Origin: a virus | Length of the DNA: 64,000 bases | Strand: one strand, 5' to 3' | IMG/VR virus record: IMGVR_UViG_3300033168_000001 | Location: 60 to 64,059 of that record | In this document: positions 15,546 to 25,011 of the stretch, in pieces | Position numbering within the stretch: the stretch's first letter is position 1 | Layout of the letters: every line of letters begins with the position of its first letter | Program-made: the position numbers and the translations under genes | The notes under the pieces: generated by a model | What the model saw: the letters and a program-made list of their open reading frames with translations, nothing else | Database searches by the model: none | What the model was told of the DNA's origin: nothing

Positions 15546-18041
15546 TTATTCGTTTGTGATCTGCACGGGCAGCCTAAACACCTGCGATGAGCCGCCTGCG
15601 GGCACGCGCACGATGACGGTGTACTCCGCGCCCACGTCGCTCGGCACGGTCGCGCCGTTGCCCACGGCAAACGACAGGACAGCCGTCGTTCCGGTCTGCG
15701 TCAGCGTCAACGCGCCGGTGACAAACGCGAGCATATGGGTCGGGGAGAGCGAGGCGAGGTTTTCATTGAGCACATCGACGAGCGTGGGTTGTCCCAGCGT
15801 CACTCCGGTCGGGATATTGGTAATGGTCAGGGAGGCGACGAGGCCCTGATCGAGCGTGTCAATTGAGTTAGTGCCAACAATCGTCACAGCCATAGCGGCT
15901 CCCATCTGGTAGGTGTACTGGATGATGCGCCACGGCGCGTTGTAGGTGAGGCCGCGCCACACGACGCTATAGGCGAGGCGTGGCAGCTCCGGCGCGGTCC
16001 CCGGCCCCTGTTGATGTGTCGTCAGCGTGGCAATAGCTGTTTGTAGCCACCCCAGCGCTTTACCGATGGCGCGGCCCAGCCCTGCAACGGTGGCCTGCGT
16101 CGCGCTCAGACTTTTGCCCATGCTCCGCGTCAGCGCGGGTAGACTGGCTTGCGCGACGGTCAGGACGACGATACGGCCCCTGCCACTGGTCAGCGCCGCC
16201 AACGCGCCTTGCAGTGCCGTGAGGCTGTGTGTGACGCCCCGCGTGAGCGTCGCCGTACTCGATTGACCCAGCGCCACCACGCGTGACGTGGCGCGCGTGA
16301 GCGTTGCCAGTGAGCCTTGCGTGACGGCCAACGCGATCAGACGGCCCCGCCCCACGCCCAGCGTTGAGGCGGTCCCTTGTATCCATGCCAGCCCTTTAGC
16401 GGCAACACGATTGATCGCCGTCGCGCTCGTTTGCACGACCATCAGTGGCTTGACGATAGCGCGCGTCAGGGCCGGCGCTGATCCCTGGAGAGCGGCCAGG
16501 GCGACGATCTTACTCTTGAGCGTGGAGAGGAGCGTGTTCGTCGCCTGTGTCGCGGTCAGAGCGTGCGCGATGCCCCGCGCGACGACCAGTGTGGACGACT
16601 GTGCCGCGGCCATGCTCTTGGTAACGCCACGCCCCAACGCGGGCGCGCTCGCCTGTGTGAGCGCGAACGCTATGATTTTACTCTTGAGCGCCGCCAGTGT
16701 GGTAAGCGTCGTTTGTGTCGCCGCGACACTTTTACTGAACCCGCGCTGGAGTGTGGCCGTGCTTGCCTGCGTCGCGGTCACAACGCGACCAAAGGAGCGT
16801 GTCAGTACAGGGGTGCTTGATTGTACGGCGGTGAGCGTCAGTACCTTGCTCTTGAGAGATGAGAGGATCGTCAGTGTGGCTTGCGTCACGCTTATGGCCT
16901 TGGCGATGCCACGGGCGAGAGCTGGCGTCGTCCCTTGTGTCGCACCTACGGCTTTGGCGATGCCACGGGCGAGGCCGGCCACGGTCCCCTGTGTGGCTGT
17001 GACGATGAGTGTCTTTGCCTTGAGTGTTGAGAGGAGCGCGGACGTGGCTTGTGCGGCGCTCACACCTTTGGTGATCGCACGCGTCAGTGTCGTGAGGCCA
17101 CCTTGCGCGAGCGCCACCCCATGGGCCGTGGCGCGTTGGAGCAGCGGGACAGACGCCTGGAGCGCGGCTAGCTGCTTCGCCGTGGCGCGGCTGAGAAGGG
17201 GGGCTGTGGCTTGTGCAGCTGTCAGCGTTTGACTCTTGAGCGCACCGCCCGCGCTCGCGGGCACGATCAGGCGCGGGGCCTGGAACATGGCGTAGGGGTC
17301 GGTGTAAAGAGTGGCGACTTCGGCGGCGGACAGGGTGCGGGACCAAGCGCGCGCGACCGCCACTGATCCCGTGAGCGGTAGCGCGCCGCCCTGCGCACCA
17401 GCCCCGATAGACAGGGGCTCTGTGTTTGTCACGTTCGGGGGAGTGCCAGCGTTGTAATCGACCGTGACGGGGACCGCTACCCCATCGACGTACAGGCTGG
17501 CAGAGGCGGTGGACCCATTGTATACTCCGACAAAGTGGTGCCAATTCCCATCCGCGACTGCGGCGACGCTCTTAAAACCACGCTGGGGCGCCGTGGCTCC
17601 TCCCTGGTAGAGGAGCATACAGAAATTCGATCCCGCTGTTCCGCCCTCGGAGTTGCCGGCGATCAATAAGCTCGTCTGCGTGTAGACGCTACTATCCCGT
17701 TTGGTCAGGAGGAAACCTGTCTGTGCGGGACTAGGGTTGGCCCATACTTCGTAGGTGACATCGCCCGCGCCGGTTGCCAGCCATGGAGCGTCGGGTGTCG
17801 CGGCGTACTGTGCCCCTGTGCCCGCGAACCGTAGCGCCGCTCCTTGCGGCCCACTGATCCACGGAGGGCCGCCCGCGACAGTGGCGGGACTCCGTCCCGT
17901 CGCATCGTTGAGGGTCGTCCCCCCGCCCTCGTTGAGGTGGTAGGCGGCCATCAGACCACGCGCCAATGGATGCGTGGGATCAAGCCGCGCGCCAAGGAAC
18001 GGTTTTTGCCCCGCGTGTCGCCGTAGCAAGGTAATCGCCAT
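15546..18041 (-). CDS. LamG/concanavalin-like domain tail fibre with an 18-20 aa repeat stalk
   Basis: GLMAAYHLNEGGG, GNWHHFVGVYNG..LYVDG, WSRTLSAAEV; about 22 xxQxxxxxLxR repeats follow. Confidence 0.7.
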   Translation of the reverse strand: MAITLLRRHAGQKPFLGARLDPTHPLARGLMAAYHLNEGGGTTLNDATGRSPATVAGGPPWISGPQGAALRFAGTGAQYAATPDAPWLATGAGDVTYEVWANPSPAQTGFLLTKRDSSVYTQTSLLIAGNSEGGTAGSNFCMLLYQGGATAPQRGFKSVAAVADGNWHHFVGVYNGSTASASLYVDGVAVPVTVDYNAGTPPNVTNTEPLSIGAGAQGGALPLTGSVAVARAWSRTLSAAEVATLYTDPYAMFQAPRLIVPASAGGALKSQTLTAAQATAPLLSRATAKQLAALQASVPLLQRATAHGVALAQGGLTTLTRAITKGVSAAQATSALLSTLKAKTLIVTATQGTVAGLARGIAKAVGATQGTTPALARGIAKAISVTQATLTILSSLKSKVLTLTAVQSSTPVLTRSFGRVVTATQASTATLQRGFSKSVAATQTTLTTLAALKSKIIAFALTQASAPALGRGVTKSMAAAQSSTLVVARGIAHALTATQATNTLLSTLKSKIVALAALQGSAPALTRAIVKPLMVVQTSATAINRVAAKGLAWIQGTASTLGVGRGRLIALAVTQGSLATLTRATSRVVALGQSSTATLTRGVTHSLTALQGALAALTSGRGRIVVLTVAQASLPALTRSMGKSLSATQATVAGLGRAIGKALGWLQTAIATLTTHQQGPGTAPELPRLAYSVVWRGLTYNAPWRIIQYTYQMGAAMAVTIVGTNSIDTLDQGLVASLTITNIPTGVTLGQPTLVDVLNENLASLSPTHMLAFVTGALTLTQTGTTAVLSFAVGNGATVPSDVGAEYTVIVRVPAGGSSQVFRLPVQITNE

Positions 18042-18060
18042 GCTGCGCTACCTCGCTTGG

Positions 18061-18489
18061 CTAGGCAATTCCGCTAAAGGTATCGGCCGTGATCGTCAAG
18101 GATGCAACCGCGTTCGTGCCGTCATTATTCGTCACGCTGATTCTCCATCCCGGTGAGGTCTGCAAGAACAGCTTGCGCGCCGCTGTGCCCGACGCGGCGA
18201 TGTTCCCCGAGCTATACGACACGGATGGCACGGTCTCGAAGTCAGGTGGCGCGCCGTTGCCTGATCCGGCGTAGCAACTGACCGTAAAGCCGTTCGTGGT
18301 CGAGACCGTCGCGCCCGCCACGACCTTTATTTCGATCTGTGTCTCGTAGACCGTGCTGGTGGGAATAGCGACGTTGCCCGTGCCGGTGGCGCCAGGATAG
18401 ATGTTGTAGGTGTCGGTGCCCGCCGCCGCCAACGCCACCGCGTTGGCGACGTTGCCGAGCGCCGCTAAAGTCATCGAGGGCGCAGCCAT
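18061..18489 (-). CDS. Putative virion structural protein
   Basis: Beta-rich small protein directly upstream of the LamG fibre. Confidence 0.5.
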   Translation of the reverse strand: MAAPSMTLAALGNVANAVALAAAGTDTYNIYPGATGTGNVAIPTSTVYETQIEIKVVAGATVSTTNGFTVSCYAGSGNGAPPDFETVPSVSYSSGNIAASGTAARKLFLQTSPGWRISVTNNDGTNAVASLTITADTFSGIA

Positions 18490-18490
18490 A

Positions 18491-18808
18491 TCAAACCCCC
18501 TCGGCGCTTGTCACGAGTCCGTTCACCGCCGTCTGGATCGTGGTGTCAGGGATCGCGTTCGATGAGTGCGGCGTCGCCGACGTGTACGCCGCGAGCACGT
18601 TGCTGTCAGCCGCCGCGCCTAAACACAACTGCTGCAAAATGTTGCCGGGGTTTTGCCGCAGAGCTTTAACCCAGGCCAGGTTCGCGGCGTGGTTGGTGGT
18701 GGTCGCGGGCTCGGTCTCGATGGCGTCAAGTGCGTTCGTGAGCGCCATGGCGACGCGCGCCGCGAAGGCGGCGTCGCTGCTCAGGGTGTATTGGTCGATC
18801 AGGGCCAT
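18491..18808 (-). CDS. Phage hypothetical protein
   Basis: Tight operon packing in the tail region. Confidence 0.55.
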   Translation of the reverse strand: MALIDQYTLSSDAAFAARVAMALTNALDAIETEPATTTNHAANLAWVKALRQNPGNILQQLCLGAAADSNVLAAYTSATPHSSNAIPDTTIQTAVNGLVTSAEGV

Positions 18809-18838
18809 CGCGCGGCGCTCCTTTTTTCTCTGAGTGGC

Positions 18839-19228
18839 TTACGTAAATTGGAGCGTCGCGTTGAGAGTTAGAGAATCGCCCGCGCTCAAGGGGATACCCG
18901 TGAAATCTGACTTAATCCCAAGCGAGCCGGCCGTGGCCGCGTCGAAGGTGCCGGCGTTGGTCACGGTCTGCGCGGCGCCCGCCGTGAATGATGGACCCCA
19001 CTTGAGCGTGTCGTTGGGCAGCGTCGTCGTTTGGCGGGTCGGGGCTGCGTTGACGCGGACGTAGCCGGCCCATGTGGCCGTCGTGTATTCGGTAAACAGC
19101 GTCGTATCCGTCGCGGCGGATGTCCCGGCGCCGGAGCCAATGCCCCAGTTGTTCGGAGGCGTGCCACCGAGGCCGCCGACGAGGTTGGTATAGATCGAGC
19201 GCATCGCGTTGCTAATAACCGTCGCCAT
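18839..19228 (-). CDS. Tail/baseplate-associated structural protein
   Basis: WGIGSGAGTSAATDTTLFTE, VTNAGTFDAATAG, GDSLTL: fibre-base-like motifs. Confidence 0.55.
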   Translation of the reverse strand: MATVISNAMRSIYTNLVGGLGGTPPNNWGIGSGAGTSAATDTTLFTEYTTATWAGYVRVNAAPTRQTTTLPNDTLKWGPSFTAGAAQTVTNAGTFDAATAGSLGIKSDFTGIPLSAGDSLTLNATLQFT

Positions 19229-19234
19229 CGTGTC

Positions 19235-19438
19235 TTACTCCTTCTCGCCGCGTAGAGCGAGCACATCGCTTTCCTCGATGCGCTCACCGCGCATCTGTTT
19301 CAGCCGCAACACGGCCCGCTTGAGGGGGTTGGACTCATGGAAGGCGACGACGCCTAACTCCTCGACCGTGCCATCGGCGCGCGTCACGGTCGCCGTGATC
19401 GTGGCGCGCTTGATCCTAGAACTTACCTGCATACTCAT
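19235..19438 (-). CDS. Small phage protein
   Basis: ITATVTRADGTVEELGV; operon position. Confidence 0.5.
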   Translation of the reverse strand: MSMQVSSRIKRATITATVTRADGTVEELGVVAFHESNPLKRAVLRLKQMRGERIEESDVLALRGEKE

Positions 19439-19441
19439 CGT

Positions 19442-19849
19442 TCACGTACTCCTTTTATTCTCTGGCTGTGGCGTGGCGCGCCCCGCCACTCCTCGCGCTA
19501 TCCGCGTTGCTTTCATCCCAAGGGCCACCGCCACATAGAACGTAGAGAGCAACAGGAAGCCCACGACGCTGTTTGCATAGTGGCCCGTATGGCCATACCA
19601 GTACTTCGGCAACCCGAAGCCGACCTGAAACATCAAGGCCAGGAATAGGTACATGAGTAGCGCCTGCGTGACCCAGCGCGTGCGGGGGACTATCTTTGTC
19701 ACGTCAATGACGACGCCGGCCACAAGGCCAAACACGATGATTGAAGCGATCCCTTGCCACGTCGTGTCTGTGTCGACCGCTGCAGACATGAACCAGGACA
19801 GGAACCAGGACCACGCCATCTCAAGTGGATTACCGATAGCCATGGTCAT
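19442..19849 (-). CDS. Membrane protein
   Basis: About three hydrophobic segments. Confidence 0.55.
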   Translation of the reverse strand: MTMAIGNPLEMAWSWFLSWFMSAAVDTDTTWQGIASIIVFGLVAGVVIDVTKIVPRTRWVTQALLMYLFLALMFQVGFGLPKYWYGHTGHYANSVVGFLLLSTFYVAVALGMKATRIARGVAGRATPQPENKRST

Positions 19850-20258
19850 TATCCTTGCGCCAATCAGGCAATCTGACGATGATGCGCCCGCCGAGGCGTA
19901 TCTGACGGCCGTGGAATAGTGCCATGTGCAGGTTGTAGCCGAGCATCATGCCCAGTGCGATGCCCAGGCCCAGGCACGCCCAGAAGATGTAGGAGGACCA
20001 ATGCTGATCAGCGCCCGGCACGCCGCTGATCTGTTGCAGCGCACTCAGGAGGAGATTGGCCCCCCAGCCAATTGTCGTGCAAAAAAGACCAGCGACGACC
20101 GCGAACTCACGGTAGAGCGAACGTAACCGACCATAAAAGAGGTAGTGGGTACACAGAGACAGGACGACGCCGATCAGCGCCGCGACAAGGACCGCCTCGG
20201 CGTCGATGCGAAATGAGAGTGTCTCACTGAAAAAAGGGCTACTCATGACGGTATCCAT
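19830..20258 (-). CDS. Membrane protein
   Basis: About three hydrophobic segments. Confidence 0.55.
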   Translation of the reverse strand: MDTVMSSPFFSETLSFRIDAEAVLVAALIGVVLSLCTHYLFYGRLRSLYREFAVVAGLFCTTIGWGANLLLSALQQISGVPGADQHWSSYIFWACLGLGIALGMMLGYNLHMALFHGRQIRLGGRIIVRLPDWRKDNDHGYR

Positions 20259-20750
20259 CTATCCATCCTCCTGTTCTTTGCCTTTACCGTCCCGTTCGCC
20301 GTGGATCAATCCACCGTCGCCGATACCCGCGCCGTCATCAGCGGCCACGATGCGCTGACTCTCGTTCGTGCGCGACTCGGCGGTGCGTTCCGCTGCTGTT
20401 TGGGTGTACCCCTCATGCGGCGTCCGGATGCCCGCCAACACAAGTTCATCGCGTAGGTTGGAGATGAGGCGATTGCGACTCGCCAACTCCTCGGTATGCT
20501 CCAGGCGTTCGCGGTCAATCTGATGCTCAAGCTCGGTGATCCGTCCGTCCTTCCAGACCAAACGCGCACCTAGGTCAGGATCAATCAGCACGGATGGCGG
20601 CGTTGGTACAGAGACAGATACGGTTGTCTTTGAGGCGACGGCTTTCGCGTGTTGGTTGAGTTTCCAGCCAAACCACGCCAACGCACATCCTCCTGTGAGT
20701 GTGAGGACGGCTTGAACGATGACAACGGTAAGCGAGTGCGTGAAGTCCAT
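20259..20750 (-). CDS. Membrane-anchored coiled-coil protein
   Basis: N-terminal TM segment, then ITELEHQIDRERL coiled coil; start at ATG 20750. Confidence 0.5.
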   Translation of the reverse strand: MDFTHSLTVVIVQAVLTLTGGCALAWFGWKLNQHAKAVASKTTVSVSVPTPPSVLIDPDLGARLVWKDGRITELEHQIDRERLEHTEELASRNRLISNLRDELVLAGIRTPHEGYTQTAAERTAESRTNESQRIVAADDGAGIGDGGLIHGERDGKGKEQEDG

Positions 20751-20943
20751 GCAATGTCGTCCTCTCCGATGGGCGTTAGGGCGACGGGGCCAATCGCGTG
20801 CCGCGACGGGATGGGCTGGTATCCTGGAAGGCACGGCGGCCAGGTCTCTGTCAGTGGGGGACTGGTCGTCGAGGGACGCGGCCTCCGCTGAGGCGCTATG
20901 GGCGTCGTCGGTGCGTCCCGCTCGGTGATGTAGGCTGGGCTGT

Positions 20944-21225
20944 TTAGGAGTCCGGAGTAGGCGCGGACGTTTGTTCTAGGACCGCCGGGATATCCTGTGG
21001 CGGCGGTGGGGGTGATTGATCGAGTCCGCTGGATGGCGCGGCGTCGGGGATGGTGGTTAGGCCCAGGCCCAGCGCCTGTAACGCGGCCAGCTCGTCGAGG
21101 CGGCCCGCCAGGCGCGTGTGTGCTTCACGCAGCGCCTGGAGGTCGGCCTCGTGCACGGCGATCTGTTGACCTAATTCGTCAAGGGCGGCGCAGCCGGCGT
21201 CGTAGCGATCAGTCAGTGTCGTCAT
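20944..21225 (-). CDS. Small coiled-coil protein
   Basis: LDELGQQIAVHEADLQALRE heptads. Confidence 0.5.
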   Translation of the reverse strand: MTTLTDRYDAGCAALDELGQQIAVHEADLQALREAHTRLAGRLDELAALQALGLGLTTIPDAAPSSGLDQSPPPPPQDIPAVLEQTSAPTPDS

Positions 21226-21226
21226 G

Positions 21227-21652
21227 TTAATATCCCGCTATTAAGGGAGAGGGCCGTCTGATTGCTAGCCCCTTGTCGGTCCCGATGCTCTTTAGGAGCC
21301 CTATCGTCGTCGGATCAGCGCTCACGACGGCGTAGGAGCCAATAGGTACGCTGATGGTGACGGCCGCCGTCCCCGCCGTGTTGTCCGTGCGCGTCGGCAC
21401 GGTAGCCGGCACGTAGGTGGTGAACGAAATGATGTCCGTCATGGCCTGCTGTGCCGCCGCGAGGTCGGCGGCGTCCTGCGTCGCCGTGGCTGACCCTGAC
21501 GCCGTATACGTGGCTTGCAGCGCCGTGGGGCCATAGTCAGCGAGCCGGATCAAGAAGTCGCGTGTTTGGTCCATCGTCGTGCGCAGGTTCATGGTGATCG
21601 TCGAGAGGCGTGCGCGTAGATCGGTCGCCAGTAATTCGTATCCACTTGACAT
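21227..21652 (-). CDS. Phage hypothetical protein
   Basis: Operon packing; RBS GGAGG. Confidence 0.55.
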   Translation of the reverse strand: MSSGYELLATDLRARLSTITMNLRTTMDQTRDFLIRLADYGPTALQATYTASGSATATQDAADLAAAQQAMTDIISFTTYVPATVPTRTDNTAGTAAVTISVPIGSYAVVSADPTTIGLLKSIGTDKGLAIRRPSPLIAGY

Positions 21653-21654
21653 AA

Positions 21655-22110
21655 TTACCCTCCTTCTTCTGTCAGGGTGAGGGGATGGGTGCGCGGATCA
21701 ATCGTGACGCCTAACTCGGCGGTCTTGGCGGCGATGATCGCATCACGCAGCTTGATTTGATCGTCACGCGACAGCGGCGCGGGCGCGGGCGACGTCACCG
21801 GGAAGCGCGACACATCCACAAGCGGATGCCCGTGCGGATGCAGATGCAGCGGCGTATCCTCCATCGTGGGTGAATTGAGTTCAAGGTGCGCGTGGTGCTC
21901 AAGATGCGTCGCGTTCACCATGGCGGGCAGCGTCATGGTATGCCACGCATTCGGCGCGAACCGTTTCCCGTAGCTGGAACCGGACGCGAGCGGTTGCCCA
22001 TCCAGGCCAATGAGTTGACAGGTGTGTTCGAGCGTCACGCTGCCGTCGTAGTCCATGTGGTACGTCCCCGAGAGGAGCCGCAGGCGCACGTCGGGATTGA
22101 GATTGCCCAT
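21655..22110 (-). CDS. His-rich tail-associated protein
   Basis: HLEHHAHL and LHLHPHGHP segments. Confidence 0.55.
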   Translation of the reverse strand: MGNLNPDVRLRLLSGTYHMDYDGSVTLEHTCQLIGLDGQPLASGSSYGKRFAPNAWHTMTLPAMVNATHLEHHAHLELNSPTMEDTPLHLHPHGHPLVDVSRFPVTSPAPAPLSRDDQIKLRDAIIAAKTAELGVTIDPRTHPLTLTEEGG

Positions 22111-22116
22111 TCGGCC

Positions 22117-22584
22117 TTAGCCTCCTTGGTTGCCTGGCAGGCCCGACGCCTCGACCGGATGGCCCGCGCCGTAGTGGTGCAGATAGAAGGCGTGATCGTT
22201 CATGGGCCGGATCATCTCCATGTGCGCCTTGACGCGTGGGTGTGGCTCCTGGTGATCAGGATGCCACGTCAACAGGCCACCCAGCCGGACGTGGGCATAG
22301 CGCGGATCGGTATGCGGCGTGCCGCCACGGTGCGAGAGATAGCCGGCATGGCCGTGCCCCTGGTCGCGCGTGGCCGGGTCGCAGTAGATCATCCACTCGC
22401 TGTAGAGGCGTAGCCAATGCTCCTTGTCGTCGTCCATCGGCACATGGTAGGCCGCGATGGGTGGCTCACCCCACTTATAGGGCTGAGCAGGCACGACGAT
22501 ATGGTGCTGGTTCGGAAAGCCGTCGATGGCGAACGTGAGGCAGGTTCCATCCGGCGCGAAGAGAGCGAGGCGATGCAGGCGCAT
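22117..22584 (-). CDS. His-rich tail-associated protein
   Basis: About 18 His in 155 aa; directly follows the tail fibre/spike gene. Confidence 0.55.
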   Translation of the reverse strand: MRLHRLALFAPDGTCLTFAIDGFPNQHHIVVPAQPYKWGEPPIAAYHVPMDDDKEHWLRLYSEWMIYCDPATRDQGHGHAGYLSHRGGTPHTDPRYAHVRLGGLLTWHPDHQEPHPRVKAHMEMIRPMNDHAFYLHHYGAGHPVEASGLPGNQGG

Positions 22585-22589
22585 AGTCG

Positions 22590-25007
22590 TTAGTTGATAA
22601 CCTCCGTCTGGAAGTACGCCGTCCCTGACCAGGCTGCCCCGGTGTACGTCGTGCCGTAGAGGTACATGCCGCCATCGCTATGCGTATCGACCTCGGTGAA
22701 ACCCGTCCCGGTGCCGCCCGTCCCCTCGGGGTTGATACCGTAGCCGCTGTTGAACGCCGGATGTGTGTTGCCATGGCGGTAGGTCGAGGGCGTTGTACCG
22801 TAGCACAGATTCGCGCCGGCAAACTTGAAGTGGCCGGCGGCCAGGTTCGCGTCGCCACTCCCGCCGCCGTTGGTAATGCCGCCGCCTGTGGTCGGAACCG
22901 TCGCGCCCACGCTCGGCGTCAAGATCGTCGTCGAGTGTGACGATTGCTTGATCGCGCCCTTGCCATAGCCGGACGGTGATCCCTGCGGCAAAAGGCGGAC
23001 CTCGGATGCGCCGCCAATGCCGCTGTCCATCGTCTGCCCCTGCGGCAACGTATAGACATCACCGTTGAAGGTGTGCTTTCTGCCGCTGGTGTTGGCGTTG
23101 GTGTAGAGGTAGACCTGCCCGTTTGAGAACTGCGAGAGGTTTCCGGTCGTGTCATCGCCGATCCAGTGCGAGAGATTGCCCGTGTTGATCGACAGGAACT
23201 GACGGGCCGATGAGCCAACGGCCTGCATCGAGGCGACGCGCGCCGCGCCAATGTAGGTTGAGAAGTCGCTTCCGTTGTGTGTCGCCGCCAACACGCCACC
23301 CCCGTAGTGGCGCAGTGTGGTCCCGTCGTGGTCGAGCACGCGCGCCCCGGCCAGGCCGTGTTTCAGGTAGAGCAGGCCCGTGCCATCGTCGCCGACACTG
23401 TGGAAAGCCGTGCCGTCGCGCATGATGTCCACGACGGCGCTATTGCCGCTGATAAACCGTGAGCGCGATGAGGGGATACGAGCCGATGAGCCAACGCCAT
23501 AGACGGTGTGTGTCGTCCCATCGTGCGTCGTGGCCGGCAAACCGCCGCCGCCGTAGGTAGTCGCGGTCGTACCGTCGTGATCCCACCCTTTGACGCCGTT
23601 TATGGTGGCGACGAACTTGCCCGTGCCATCCTCGCCGATCTCATGCCAGGTGGTCGCGCTCCGGGCGATACGATGTTTGGCGCCTGCACCTGAGGTGACG
23701 TGTTGCGCCGCCACGACACCCCCCGCATAGTGTTGCAAGGTTGTGCCATCGTGATCGAGCACCTTGTTCCCGGCGCCGTGTTTGAGGTGGAGTTTGCCCG
23801 CGCCATCGTCACCCATGAGATGGGTCTGCGCGGTGGTGGTGTTATAGAGTTTGAGGGCCAGTTGGCCACCGCCGCCCGCGCCGCTCGATTGATGGCGCGC
23901 GACCTCAGCGTAGCCACCCACGCTACTATAGACGCGGTGCGTCTGGCCGTCGTGCGTGATGGCCACGACGTTGGCCGCGTACTGCTGCCAGAGCGTGCCG
24001 TCGTGATCTATCACGCGGTTGCCGTTCGCGTGCGCCGCGTAGAACTTGCCGGTCCCATCATCACCGAGGCCATGGAGCGACGTGCTGTTCGTTTGCCCGA
24101 AGCGCGCCAGGCCGCCGTTCGATGAACCCGAGCCCTCGAAGCGCACCAGTTCATTGGTGTTGCCTCGGCTGCCCCCATACACACGGTGCGCGACACCGTC
24201 ATGATCCCAGGCACGGTTGCCCGAGGCGTGCTGTCCATGGAGCCGGCCCGCGCCGTCATCGCCGCTCAGGTGGTAGGCCGTCGTGTTGTGCTGCTTGTGT
24301 TTGGTCTGGCCCGCGTGCGCGCCGACGGTCACGATGTTGTGAATTAACTGACCATCGGAGTAGTGTCCGTGATCGCCCGTGACGGCATGGTGCCGCACGA
24401 TGGTCCCCGATTGATAGTGCTCGTAGCGCGCCGTCGCCGTGTTGTGCGTCTTCTTGTGGAACAGACCCGTCGCGTTGCCGCTCGCGTCGAGCGCCTGGGC
24501 GTTCTGAATGTGATCGCCCGTATGCGCTTTGTGACCGCTGGGGTGGTTATGATGAGCCACCGTGGCGCCGTCCGTCGCGTAGTGAACGGCATGGTGTGTA
24601 TCAAAGTGCTCATGTTGCTTGACGCGCGCCGCGTTGTACTTTCGATGGCTGCCGCCGGTGTAGGCGATGGTGTGCTCATTCGGGCGTCCGCCGTGATCCG
24701 CGCCGACGACGAGCCACGAGGAGCCGAGTTTCTGGAGGGTAATCCGGTCACCGACGATGGGCACGAAGCCTTGCGCGTAGACCACGTAGGGCGACGGGTC
24801 AGCGCTGTGTTGGCCGGTGCGCTGGATCGACACTTCGTTAATGCCCGTACTGTCACGCGTGATCGCTGTGACGACACCCCGTACCACCATCGGCTTGCGC
24901 GTGTCGAGCGTGTTGAGGACGAACGCGGTCAGATCATCCACGGCACGCGTGGCGGCGCGGTCGACCGCCGCCTCGTCGCCAGGGCGTGCGTGGGTGGGTG
25001 TGACCAT
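22590..25007 (-). CDS. Tail spike/fibre with His-rich GDDGxG...DHDG repeats
   Basis: OB-fold-like N terminus (GVVTAI..VSIQ..PIVGDRITLQKLGSSWLVVG); six repeats; fibre-like C terminus. Confidence 0.65.
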   Translation of the reverse strand: MVTPTHARPGDEAAVDRAATRAVDDLTAFVLNTLDTRKPMVVRGVVTAITRDSTGINEVSIQRTGQHSADPSPYVVYAQGFVPIVGDRITLQKLGSSWLVVGADHGGRPNEHTIAYTGGSHRKYNAARVKQHEHFDTHHAVHYATDGATVAHHNHPSGHKAHTGDHIQNAQALDASGNATGLFHKKTHNTATARYEHYQSGTIVRHHAVTGDHGHYSDGQLIHNIVTVGAHAGQTKHKQHNTTAYHLSGDDGAGRLHGQHASGNRAWDHDGVAHRVYGGSRGNTNELVRFEGSGSSNGGLARFGQTNSTSLHGLGDDGTGKFYAAHANGNRVIDHDGTLWQQYAANVVAITHDGQTHRVYSSVGGYAEVARHQSSGAGGGGQLALKLYNTTTAQTHLMGDDGAGKLHLKHGAGNKVLDHDGTTLQHYAGGVVAAQHVTSGAGAKHRIARSATTWHEIGEDGTGKFVATINGVKGWDHDGTTATTYGGGGLPATTHDGTTHTVYGVGSSARIPSSRSRFISGNSAVVDIMRDGTAFHSVGDDGTGLLYLKHGLAGARVLDHDGTTLRHYGGGVLAATHNGSDFSTYIGAARVASMQAVGSSARQFLSINTGNLSHWIGDDTTGNLSQFSNGQVYLYTNANTSGRKHTFNGDVYTLPQGQTMDSGIGGASEVRLLPQGSPSGYGKGAIKQSSHSTTILTPSVGATVPTTGGGITNGGGSGDANLAAGHFKFAGANLCYGTTPSTYRHGNTHPAFNSGYGINPEGTGGTGTGFTEVDTHSDGGMYLYGTTYTGAAWSGTAYFQTEVIN

Positions 25008-25011
25008 GGTT

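Noticed and set aside
16020-17240. Long plus-strand ORFs such as 16288-17232
   Set aside because: Antisense shadows of the GC-rich repeat fibre gene; the same applies to most overlapping ORFs in 15-45 kb.
15546-25007. Diversity-generating retroelement acting on the tail fibres
   Set aside because: No reverse transcriptase and no adenine-variable TR/VR pair seen.
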